DNA of 64,000 nucleotides from Ignavibacteriota bacterium. Lineage in GTDB: Bacteria > Bacteroidota > Ignavibacteria > UBA10030. Location: contig OY969585.1 of the NCBI GenBank assembly GCA_963701295.1, forward strand, positions 1,696,001-1,760,000, read 5' to 3'. The notes under the pieces are model-generated. The model saw only the letters and a list, made by a program, of their open reading frames with translations. It had not been told where the DNA came from and made no database searches. How positions within the stretch are numbered: the first letter of the stretch is position 1; each line of letters opens with the position of its first letter. This document shows, piece after piece, positions 28,707 through 38,180 of the stretch. Both the position numbers and the translations under genes were made by a program.

Positions 28707-29535
28707 TTATTGTAGAACGACATTAATAAAAAGACTATCGCTGGCAAACGCTGTAAATATACCTAACCCATTATTGACATTTGTCAGTGGTTCGTTGAGA
28801 CTTCGAGAATCCTGCTGCCGGGATTTATAGAGATTTACATATTCTTGATTTACCCGATAGACCGTTACTTTATATTTACCGGTATAACTGATATCCTGAT
28901 CAAAGACTCGATAATGATCTTCTGCGGTAGGTTCCGTTACAAACCGACGGTTGCGAAAGAAAGATATTGTATCCGATTGAAGCGCTTGACGGGTCGAGTC
29001 AACACTCTCGACAACCACATAATAAGGATCTGCAGCAGGATTACTCCAGGAAACAATTAACGAATCTGAAGACGTAATCGTTTCACGTGTTCCGCCATAT
29101 CGCGTAGTTACTGAGTCTGTCGTAAATGTCATAGTCGAAATGTTCGCGGATAAACCCTGCGGCTTCGGTGGCACAGTGGTCTGCGCTGTTGAGATCATTC
29201 CATTGTAGCTCACTTCAATTCTGTATTGGTCATTAGATCGAACGGAAAGATCGGTTCCTGCATAATAATATTTTCCAGTACCTCTGATTGGAAGGAGCCA
29301 ACTGATAGCTCGAATTATTTTTATAAAGGGTGACATTTGCTGTTGAAACTGGTGTGTTGACCGTATCGAAACTTGAAAGCGGCCTGCTTAACATAACAGT
29401 AATTTCCGTGACGGGTTCATTTGCATACAAATATGCTTGGAGCACAATCTGTTGACTCTCGGGAATGACAGGATTCTTCTCACAGCCCGAAACCACCAGG
29501 ATAAGCACGCAGAAAAGACGAATACTTTTTTTCAT
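28707..29535 (-). CDS. DUF4249-family lipoprotein; +1 frameshift near 29283
   Basis: Lipobox VSGC in ORF 29233..29565 joins GTGKYYY...EPLTNVNNGLGIFTAF in ORF 28707..29336. Confidence 0.8.
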
Positions 29536-29545
29536 GATCGTTCCC

Positions 29546-31966
29546 TTAAAATTCATATTGAACAAAAACAGATGGAAGGAAACCCAATCCAGTCACCGCT
29601 GTTACAATGATCGGTTGAGTATTCAAATTGTATTGGTAGTATGATATATTGACATGGTTATAGACATTGAAGAGCGAAATACCGACGTTCAATGACGATT
29701 CTTCCAAACGGAATTTCTTTGAGACACTGAGATCCAGCCGCTGATAATCGGGCAAGCGATAGGCATTCTGCCCGCTGACATGCGTATAGCTGTACGCAGT
29801 GCTATCTAGAAGAACAAGAGAGTATTGACTGATAGGTGCTGTATATGGCTTTCCGGTTGCATAGATTAATGTTGCAGAAACGTTCCAGTCGCTTCCGAGA
29901 TCAACATTACCAACGATCTTCAACTCATGCGTCTGATCATTGTCTGCAGGAAAATATTGGCCATCATTCAACTCCGGATAGCGATCCTCTGCTTTGCTCA
30001 GAGTATAACTGATCCATCCAGTTAAGAATCCGCTCTTCTTTTGTAATAAGCATTCCACACCTTTCACACGTCCGTCACCGCTTAAAAACGTGTATAGATC
30101 AAGCGGATCACGGCGATAGCGTTGGGTAAACTCGACCAGATTGCTTAAGTCTTTATAAAAGCCTTCGACATCAACAACATATAATTCATTTTCCCATTCC
30201 ACACCAGCAACAGTATGGATCGCTTTGCTTGGTAACAGCGAATTATCTGCGAGGATCCAGAAATCACGGCTTGCTTGCGTAACATCTTCATTTAATATTT
30301 GGTTTACAAACTGATGATGGATGCCATAAGCTGCTTTCAGGGAGATATCGTCGGTAAGTTCATAACGCGACGAAAGTCTCGGCTCCAGATACCATGAATT
30401 TGTCTCTGAGTAATAATTAGATCGCAATCCTCCAGTCACAGAGAACCGATCAGAGAGCGTCCATTTATCTTGAATATATGCCGCAGCCAACGATCCATGC
30501 TGATTCAAAGCCAGAATATTTTGTGTCTCTTGTGATGAATTAAGACCCGAGAGTGAATATTGCACTGCTGTTTGAGATACCTGGAAACCAAACCCTAACT
30601 CATGTGCCGACGTCAGTTTCCAGACATTATCTTCCGAAAAGTTCATATCATCAATTTTATTATTTTCATCAGTCGAAAATTGTGTTGCATTAGTTGTTTG
30701 CGATCCTGTATTTGAAGTAAATGCACTAGTGTAACCGTTGTATGCGAGAATCACGTTAGAATAAAAGTCATCACCCCATTGCGCAAACAGCTTGATACTT
30801 GCACCATCGTTCCCTTGCTGGGTGTTGTTTGAACTCGACGGTACACGAAATCCGAAACCAAAACCAGAGCCGTTTTGAGTTGATGATTGCTGGCTTAGGT
30901 CATAATCATCAGAACTTTTATAATAACTCGCAGACAAAATATATTTCGATGCGATGGTGTAGGAATATTTCGCATTCAGATCAAGGAATGCCGAACTCGG
31001 AGTCTGTTGTTGCGAATATGCACTGCCAAATCTTCCACCTCTTTGCGACCCGCTCGTTGATTGCGGTGCATCAGTGCCGGTAAGTAATTTATAGATACTA
31101 TTATAGGCATTGCTCGCAATAATATCACTATACGATCTGCGTGCAGAGATGAGAAACGAGCCATCTAATAACGGTCCTTCGAGAGTTGCATTACCGCTGA
31201 GCAAACTCAATCCGGCAACTCCATGGATCTCATCCGAATTACCTGTCTTCCCGACCATATCGATGACACTCGATAGCCGTCCGCCATATTTTGCCGGAAA
31301 AGCACCTTTATAGATCTGTACATCTTTAATGGCATCAGGATTAAATGCGCTGAAGAATCCAAAAAAATGATCAACATGATACACCGTCATTCCATCAAAG
31401 AGAATGAGATTCTGATCAGGCGTGCCGCCACGAACATACAGGCCAGACGATCCATCGTTCGTCGCTGAAATTCCGGGAAGCAGTTGGATTGAGCGAAAGA
31501 TATCCACCTGACCGACACTTGGAAGTGTCGCAATCTGTGTTGGTGATACCGTTGTGAGGCTAGGTGTTGATTCTGTTTTTATAAAGTTGGATTGAGCTGC
31601 TGAAACAGTCACTCCTTCCACATTGATGGACGTTTGTCTCATTTTGATAAGCATTCCTGTATTCTTTGAGTCTTGATCAATCGGAACTTCAACTTGAAAA
31701 TATCCCATATAGGTCACTTGAAGAAAGCACAGTGAATCAGGGACATTGTGCAACAGAAAAAATCCTTCGACATTTGTTTGTGTGCCAATTTTCGTCCCTT
31801 TGATCATCACGTTGGCATAAGGCAATCGCTCCTTACTGTTACCATCTATGACTTGTCCGGAAATAGTTTTGGATTGTCCCAAAAGAGGAATGTAAAGGAA
31901 GACCAAACACACTCCCATACTTAATAACCAAGCAGAAAGAAAGAATCTTAGTTTCTTATCGGGCAT
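29546..31966 (-). CDS. TonB-dependent receptor
   Basis: CarboxypepD_reg-like N-terminus; LLPGIS, VRGGTPDQNL, YGGRLSSV; ends PSVFVQYEF. Start 31966 follows AAGGA. Confidence 0.9.
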   Translation of the reverse strand: MPDKKLRFFLSAWLLSMGVCLVFLYIPLLGQSKTISGQVIDGNSKERLPYANVMIKGTKIGTQTNVEGFFLLHNVPDSLCFLQVTYMGYFQVEVPIDQDSKNTGMLIKMRQTSINVEGVTVSAAQSNFIKTESTPSLTTVSPTQIATLPSVGQVDIFRSIQLLPGISATNDGSSGLYVRGGTPDQNLILFDGMTVYHVDHFFGFFSAFNPDAIKDVQIYKGAFPAKYGGRLSSVIDMVGKTGNSDEIHGVAGLSLLSGNATLEGPLLDGSFLISARRSYSDIIASNAYNSIYKLLTGTDAPQSTSGSQRGGRFGSAYSQQQTPSSAFLDLNAKYSYTIASKYILSASYYKSSDDYDLSQQSSTQNGSGFGFGFRVPSSSNNTQQGNDGASIKLFAQWGDDFYSNVILAYNGYTSAFTSNTGSQTTNATQFSTDENNKIDDMNFSEDNVWKLTSAHELGFGFQVSQTAVQYSLSGLNSSQETQNILALNQHGSLAAAYIQDKWTLSDRFSVTGGLRSNYYSETNSWYLEPRLSSRYELTDDISLKAAYGIHHQFVNQILNEDVTQASRDFWILADNSLLPSKAIHTVAGVEWENELYVVDVEGFYKDLSNLVEFTQRYRRDPLDLYTFLSGDGRVKGVECLLQKKSGFLTGWISYTLSKAEDRYPELNDGQYFPADNDQTHELKIVGNVDLGSDWNVSATLIYATGKPYTAPISQYSLVLLDSTAYSYTHVSGQNAYRLPDYQRLDLSVSKKFRLEESSLNVGISLFNVYNHVNISYYQYNLNTQPIIVTAVTGLGFLPSVFVQYEF

Positions 31967-32003
31967 GGAATTCAATTCCTTATAGTAATAAATTGAATAA
32001 TAT

Positions 32004-32074
32004 ATAGACACAGGTGATACCAAAGGCCGGTTGTTCTTCCACCACGAAGTCGGCTTGTTCGTGCCTGTGTCTAT
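32004..32074. repeat. REP-like inverted repeat/hairpin
   Basis: 11-bp stem atagacacagg / cctgtgtctat enclosing further pairing. Confidence 0.5.
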
Positions 32075-32315
32075 TTGTGAGTAATGTGAACAAATGACTT
32101 TCACTTTCTACCATATCTTTTCAGCTGTCACATTTTCGTGTCTTCCCAGTGGAGCGCCTGGCGATATTCCATCGTTCCCACTGAATCCCCTTCCACGGCT
32201 TCTTTGGCATAGTACTGGTCCGATTCTTTCCCCTATTTCCTGCCTACAGTAGACTAGAAGATTTCGCTTGATGATATTAACCAGCAGAGTTTTGCCTGTC
32301 TTTCTATTGGAGGAA

Positions 32316-35147
32316 TTATCTTAATGTGTATGTAAATGTTAGCATACAATAACGAGTTAAAGCAGTATTACTTACGTCCTCTGTGTATGTGTCGGTAATG
32401 TTGCGGGTGATGCTTTTATTTTGGCCGAGCAAATCGGATACGCCTAATTTCAGTTCTCCGCGCTGGTTTGAAAGAAATTTCTTTCCAAAACTCATATTCC
32501 ACAAAAGGATATTCTGGTTGTATCCGCTGGAAAGACCGCTCGTGACTGTGCTATTCAGTTCGTTTCTGAACACGATCCCATTCCAAAAAATCCAATTGAA
32601 CTTGAAGCTCGCCGTATGTGAATAATAATTGCTGTTTTGATCCGGCTGCAGCTGAGTGCGGCTGATATTGAAGTTGCCTGAGTACGCAAGAGTGAAATCG
32701 ACTTCAGGACTAATGTTGCTTCCAAGCGTGAATCCTTGAGTGATGGCATATGTGTTTGTCATATCTAAAAGAGTATTTATTTCAGCCGGGGTACGTGTGT
32801 ATGTTAAACCCGTACTCAAGTTCAACATACTGCTGAGAAAGTTTACTGGAAAGCCGTATGTAAAGAATGAACGAACGTTTGCATATCCATTGAGATTGAC
32901 GGGAATAGTTAGCTGCGAACCTTGCGCCAATTTTGTTCCATTAGAAAGCACGGTATCACGCATCGCCAGAGTTGTCGCGTTGCCGATGTACTCATTCGTA
33001 AATGTTGCAGAGAGCAGGAGGAACATGCTTCTGGCTTTTTGGGGAGTCGTAATGGAATACCGAACGTTAAGAGCATTACTATACGATTCTTGCAAATCAG
33101 GATTGCCGGATGTGAGCAGCAGCGGGTTTGAATTGTTGATAACATTTTGTAATTGTGCAATGTTCGGCGGTCGTGTGGACGCGCGGTACATCACACGCAA
33201 ATTTTCATGCGCACCCAGTGCAAGGCTGAGGAGTGCATTCGGAAGGTAATCGATAAATGATTTTGAAAGATTCCCTGCAAGTGGAAATGTTTGATCGTTT
33301 TTCAATTCTGCAGATTGGACGGAGAATCCCGCCATCGCGTTCAGTCCATCTCCCCGAATTCGATAACCCATGCCGGCACTCTGCGTGATATATTCATTTT
33401 CATACGTATTGGAGAGTAGAGTATCGAAATCCGAATATTGCTGTCGCATTGCATTGAAATTATATGTTCGCATATCTGCGGTAGTTTTTGAATACAAGGC
33501 GTTGTATGTCAGTTGCAATTGACTATTGAAGGTTATCGGCTCTGTGTAGGTGAGTGTTGGAGAAATGGTGTACCCGAGTGTTGTAGAATGTGCTTGCTGG
33601 TTCGAAGTATCGACGCCAATAGAATCGCCCGTTTGTTGCGTTAAGGCATCGTAAAGTGTCGATGTCAGTTTTTGATTATGCGCCAGAGAGAAATCTAAGG
33701 AGATTGTTCTTCCGGGAAGCTCGAATTTGTGGCGAAAAGTAATATGGCCGGTAAAATTGTGCCCGGACGCGTCCGTCTGATTGTCGATCTGCGATTCGCT
33801 GAGAGGGACATTCGTTGGAAGAGAACTCGTCGCATTTAAGACATTGGATATATCGTTCTGTTGAAAAAGAAGTTGCGGTGTGACAATAATGGAATTCGAG
33901 GAGTCCATGGTATAGACGATGCGGGCATTCGCTCGGTGGTTATAATTTTTACTGTCGGCATCTGTCTGCTGATCATAAAGGCTTCCGGAACTTCCCGCAT
34001 TATAATATTGTCTGTTCGTTGTCTGATCATTTTGGTTGTTGACCTGATTGAAGAAATAGCTCCCCTGTGCAAATACTTGAGAAGAGAGACTGTCGATATA
34101 ATTACCGCCGATCATATTTGTTGTATTGATTCCTTGCGGTTGCGTAGAAGAGAAGCTATTGGTGCTCCCGCTGCTTCCACCGAAAGAGAACTGACTTCCT
34201 GGAGGACGTCCACCCTGGCTCCCGCCTCCACCAGACGATGAAGATCGCCTTCCTCCGGGAAGCCTCTGCGATGTATTCACACCTGGACCAGTACCGAGAA
34301 CATCCTGCGCAGTAAAATTTTGTTGGTTGACGTTATTGGTTAATCCAACAAGAGAAAGTCTGGAATCGCCGTCAAATTTATTCAGCGCCGCACCGACTAT
34401 GTAACGACCATCATCATCTCCGTATCCGGCGGAGAATTTTCCAAATTCTGAATGCGCATTTGCAGTGCGGGTAATAACATTCATTGCTTTCACCGATTGG
34501 CCGTCATCGAATCCTGTAAATTGTGCCTGATCACTCATTTGATCGAAAACCTGAATTTTCTCAACGACTTCAGCAGGTAAATTGCGCAATGCCAGTGTGG
34601 GATCATCACCAAAGAAAGGTTTGCCGTCTACAAGGACACGTTGTACCGTTTCGCCTCCGACACTCACGGTGCCTGAACTATTCACTGTAATGCCCGGCAT
34701 TTTAGTTACGAGATCTTCTACAACTGCATCAGGATTAGTTTTGAAAGCACGTGCAATGTATTCTGTTGTGTCACCGTTCTGCACGGCAGCCGGAACATTG
34801 GCTTCGACCACGACTTCTCTAACTGTGATGGGAATTTCTGTCATGGTCAACGCATCCAAGTCCATAGAGTGTTTATCGACAGAAATTGTTTTCACGATTT
34901 TTTGATAGCCGATGTACGTTGCCTCCAGACGATATTGATGTGACTCGGCCAGCAAGAAAAAGAAATATCCATTCCGGTCGGTTATGGTAAAAAAGGTTTT
35001 TGTAGTATCCTGAAGGTTGATAACGCGAATATCTACGGCAAAGAGCGGTATTTTCTTTGAGTCCTGAATAATTCCATGCACTGAGATGTTTTGTGCCTGC
35101 ATTGTCGGAATAAGGAAGAAAAGAAATATCGCAACACTCTTCTTCAT
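32316..35147 (-). CDS. Outer-membrane beta-barrel/TonB-receptor-like protein (OMP_b-brl_3 type)
   Basis: NGDTTEY..AFKTNPDA..EDL..KMPG, LVDGKPFFGDDP, NNVNQQNF, GNPDL; ends LTFTYTLR; Gly/Ser-rich insert. Confidence 0.85.
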   Translation of the reverse strand: MKKSVAIFLFFLIPTMQAQNISVHGIIQDSKKIPLFAVDIRVINLQDTTKTFFTITDRNGYFFFLLAESHQYRLEATYIGYQKIVKTISVDKHSMDLDALTMTEIPITVREVVVEANVPAAVQNGDTTEYIARAFKTNPDAVVEDLVTKMPGITVNSSGTVSVGGETVQRVLVDGKPFFGDDPTLALRNLPAEVVEKIQVFDQMSDQAQFTGFDDGQSVKAMNVITRTANAHSEFGKFSAGYGDDDGRYIVGAALNKFDGDSRLSLVGLTNNVNQQNFTAQDVLGTGPGVNTSQRLPGGRRSSSSGGGGSQGGRPPGSQFSFGGSSGSTNSFSSTQPQGINTTNMIGGNYIDSLSSQVFAQGSYFFNQVNNQNDQTTNRQYYNAGSSGSLYDQQTDADSKNYNHRANARIVYTMDSSNSIIVTPQLLFQQNDISNVLNATSSLPTNVPLSESQIDNQTDASGHNFTGHITFRHKFELPGRTISLDFSLAHNQKLTSTLYDALTQQTGDSIGVDTSNQQAHSTTLGYTISPTLTYTEPITFNSQLQLTYNALYSKTTADMRTYNFNAMRQQYSDFDTLLSNTYENEYITQSAGMGYRIRGDGLNAMAGFSVQSAELKNDQTFPLAGNLSKSFIDYLPNALLSLALGAHENLRVMYRASTRPPNIAQLQNVINNSNPLLLTSGNPDLQESYSNALNVRYSITTPQKARSMFLLLSATFTNEYIGNATTLAMRDTVLSNGTKLAQGSQLTIPVNLNGYANVRSFFTYGFPVNFLSSMLNLSTGLTYTRTPAEINTLLDMTNTYAITQGFTLGSNISPEVDFTLAYSGNFNISRTQLQPDQNSNYYSHTASFKFNWIFWNGIVFRNELNSTVTSGLSSGYNQNILLWNMSFGKKFLSNQRGELKLGVSDLLGQNKSITRNITDTYTEDVSNTALTRYCMLTFTYTLR

Positions 35148-35202
35148 TGCGGTAATGTACCGGTTATTCGATGATAGAGGATGATGTTCAATATATTATT
35201 TG

Positions 35203-36045
35203 CTACAGCGCAAGGTGGACACGAAGGCTGAAAGAAATTGGCTCGGGTGAAGTCTTTCCTTCGCCATTGTGTCCTCCAGAATTCCCTCCTCCACCGCCAG
35301 AATAATCACCGCCATGTGTCCCTTCGTTACCCGGCATACTACCACCTGCCGGCGGTGTTTCACCGTTCGGAATGCTGCCGCCGTGCCTTCGTCTCCCGCC
35401 GCCCGTACTTTCACCTTGATGTTTTCCGCCGGAAGGCATTTCGATCTTTCCCGATTCGATGTTCATATTCAAAGTGTTGTCGATTCCAGCTCCATAGGGC
35501 TCTTGTTTTGCTTTGCGCGGAATTTTCAATTCAAGAATAGCAAGCCCGGACGAATCGCGGAATGCAGCGGCAATGCCGTACTCGCTTTCGGATGTTAGCG
35601 TTGAGCTCTGGGTTATCGCGTCTTTTTCAGGTCCCAATATCTCCATCTCGGTTCGATTACCGGAAGAGTCGATCCCTGCTGCAACTGAAGGCCTGCCCAT
35701 TTGGAGAGGGTAATGAATTCCAAATTTCTTCCCATGTTCAGGTTCGATCCAGACAATCATTCCCGCCGCATTCATCCGCTGTGCTGTTGTTCTATCGGTG
35801 GATATAAGGCAGATATACATATTGCTTGCGTCGTTTTGAATGCCGACCAATAATCCTTTGTCTTTTAGATCTAGCATTTTCTTTCCGTTCCATTTATCGG
35901 CACGGCCGTCAACAACATATGTCCCGCTTAACAATTCGCTGTTCAATTCTTTTGTCGAGGAACACCCTGAAATGACCGCAGTTTGGAGCAATGAGAAAGA
36001 AAAAAACGTCGCTTTTACACACATTCTAAATTTCCATCTTGACAT
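35203..36045 (-). CDS. Hypothetical lipoprotein with Gly-rich C-terminal region
   Basis: Lipobox ISGC; VDGRADKW, QNDASNMYI, ELKIP; Gly-rich tract. Confidence 0.7.
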   Translation of the reverse strand: MSRWKFRMCVKATFFSFSLLQTAVISGCSSTKELNSELLSGTYVVDGRADKWNGKKMLDLKDKGLLVGIQNDASNMYICLISTDRTTAQRMNAAGMIVWIEPEHGKKFGIHYPLQMGRPSVAAGIDSSGNRTEMEILGPEKDAITQSSTLTSESEYGIAAAFRDSSGLAILELKIPRKAKQEPYGAGIDNTLNMNIESGKIEMPSGGKHQGESTGGGRRRHGGSIPNGETPPAGGSMPGNEGTHGGDYSGGGGGNSGGHNGEGKTSPEPISFSLRVHLAL

Positions 36046-36701
36046 ACAAAACCCTCTTGATGAGTGCAATGAACCGATTGTCTATTAGATGCAATATGTA
36101 TGTGTAAAGTTTAAGATAAGGTATGCCTATTGAAAAATATTTCCTATGAGCTTTATAAATTTTTGCAACTTCATTGCATAATAAGAATCAAGTTGTATTG
36201 TAATTTCGTGGAGGAAGCTGCACACTCGAAGACAAGAGTGCAAAGGTGGCTCGAATTAGTTCCGGAGTGCGATTCCATTACAGCAAGGATCTTTTCGTGC
36301 GTTGCATGGATAGCTTTATCTGAAAGTTGTTGCATCGTTAGACGATATCCTTCAAGAATTATTTACCTATATGCAGCTCCACAAACATTATTGGCCAAGT
36401 ATAAAATCCACTAATGTCATAGATTTCAAGTTGTTTGACGTTGCAGGTTCAACTCGGGGCTGTGAAAAACGATAACGAAACTTTTAGAATCGGTTTTTGG
36501 AGTAGCGAAAAAAAACATGTAACGTCGGGAAAGATTCCTAAGAATAAAACCTTCTTAAATTCATGCAGCTACACCAATAAAGTATCAGCACATACCAACT
36601 CAATGGTAAACTGTTCGTAAAAAAATGAAGGGAAATAATATAAGTTATCTGAACGCTCCTTTACTACTAAAAAGAGTATAATAATCTGCTTTCAGATATG
36701 A

Positions 36702-37733
36702 TCAGGTGTTCAAGACCTTAGATGACTGTCTGACAATAAATTCTGTCTCTAAAATAACTCGTTCAATCGGCATAATCGTCGAAGATTCGATATTACGGAT
36801 TAAAATTTCTGCAGCCATTATTCCAATCTCTTGTTGAGGTGCCCTTATTGTTGTCAGGGGAATTGGATACATTTTCGCATAATAAATATCATCGTTTCCA
36901 ATAATAGATATATCGTCGGGTACGCGAATATTGAGTTCCTTCAATGCCAGCATAACTGCAAGAGCTTGCTGATCATTGAAACAAACAATTGCGGTCGGGT
37001 AATTATCACGGTTTCTATTCTTAAAATACTCGAGGGTTTTATCAAAACATTCTTCAAAATGAGATCCCACCGAGATGATCATATCTTTATGAAAGACCAA
37101 TGTGCTTTCACTGAAAGCATAACGGAATCCTTCCATTCGTTCTTGTGTATGTGATGACTGTGGAGGACCTGCAAAATGTACAATTTTTGTGTGACCGCTA
37201 TCTATTAAATATTTCACTGCTCTTTTTATTGCCTTTTTGTTGTCAATTGCCACAACGTTTGCTTGAATCCCCTTAACATCTTCTAATAAGACAAAAGGAT
37301 AATTAATCATTTTTAGTTTAAAAAGATGTTCAATTTCAGCTGTTCCTTCAACTATGGGAGCGATAATAATGCCTTTGATATCCTTCGTGGAGAAAAGCCG
37401 AGATAAATTCTTTTCACTTTCATGACTGTCATCTGAACTGGAAACAATGACAGAATATCCTTTGCTGTTTGCATATTCACTTACACCTTTTGCTATCGTA
37501 GTGTAGAAAGGATAAGTTAAATCCTTGATGATTATTCCAATACTTTTATCATAGTTTTCATTTTTAAAATTTCTTGCCACACCGTTGGGACGGAAGTTGA
37601 GTTCTTTCATTACTTCTAATATGAAATCTCTTGTTGCTGGCTTGACCGTTTTCTTCGCATTTATGACAGCAGAAACAGTTCCTTTTGAAACTCTCGCTCG
37701 CTTAGCAACATCCTCAATGGTTATCTTTTTCAT
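36702..37733 (-). CDS. LacI-family transcriptional regulator (LacI-1)
   Basis: TIEDVAKRARVSKGTVSAVIN HTH; FRPNGVA; CFNDQQA; VPDDISIIG; LTTI. Confidence 0.95.
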   Translation of the reverse strand: MKKITIEDVAKRARVSKGTVSAVINAKKTVKPATRDFILEVMKELNFRPNGVARNFKNENYDKSIGIIIKDLTYPFYTTIAKGVSEYANSKGYSVIVSSSDDSHESEKNLSRLFSTKDIKGIIIAPIVEGTAEIEHLFKLKMINYPFVLLEDVKGIQANVVAIDNKKAIKRAVKYLIDSGHTKIVHFAGPPQSSHTQERMEGFRYAFSESTLVFHKDMIISVGSHFEECFDKTLEYFKNRNRDNYPTAIVCFNDQQALAVMLALKELNIRVPDDISIIGNDDIYYAKMYPIPLTTIRAPQQEIGIMAAEILIRNIESSTIMPIERVILETEFIVRQSSKVLNT

Positions 37734-37899
37734 TTATTGCCTTAGCTCTCTCCTATGGATCAATTTATCACACCTGTCTCATTCAAAGATAACATGTAAC
37801 AGCACAATCAATTTTTTTATTCTCTGTTAAATCAATCACCAATGAACAATATATATTGCAGACATAAGTTTAAGACAAATTATTCGAACAATCAAACCG

Positions 37900-37913
37900 T
37901 TGAAACAGTTCAA
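37900..37913. promoter_or_regulatory. Predicted LacI-1 operator TTGAAACAGTTCAA
   Basis: Imperfect palindrome, identical to 38012-38025 and 13/14 identical to 48588-48601. Confidence 0.7.
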
Positions 37914-37983
37914 TTATTGTGTGGTATGAGTAGAAAATCACCAGAATGTTTTGATAAGTTGTAATAAGTGTTGATTTTTATGC

Positions 37984-38025
37984 TTGCTATTACAATGGAA
38001 CATCTTTAGTATTGAAACAGTTCAA
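37984..38025 (+). promoter_or_regulatory. Promoter (TTGCTA-17-TAGTAT) overlapped by LacI-1 operator 38012-38025
   Basis: -35 at 37984-37989, -10 at 38007-38012, immediately followed by TTGAAACAGTTCAA. Confidence 0.7.
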
Positions 38026-38180
38026 AATATATTCAACAAATGAAGTATCTCTTTGGCTCCCATGATCATCTTGGAATAGTGATGCAAAAAATAGTTGTAG
38101 AAACCGGCGAAGTGAAACCAAGTTATTTAGGACCGCCAGAAAGTTATCATCAGATTTTTACAAGAAAAGGAGAATTCCAT

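Noticed and set aside
32100-32300. Cobalamin riboswitch before the TonB receptor (ccactgggaag on the minus strand)
   Set aside because: The remaining B12-box and core elements are not present in the right order.
34170-35420. Gly/Ser-rich GC tracts resembling tandem repeats
   Set aside because: Low-complexity coding sequence, not regular DNA repeats or a CRISPR array.
36130-36620. Two short plus-strand ORFs between the lipoprotein and LacI-1
   Set aside because: TTG starts, no motifs and no RBS; unsupported.
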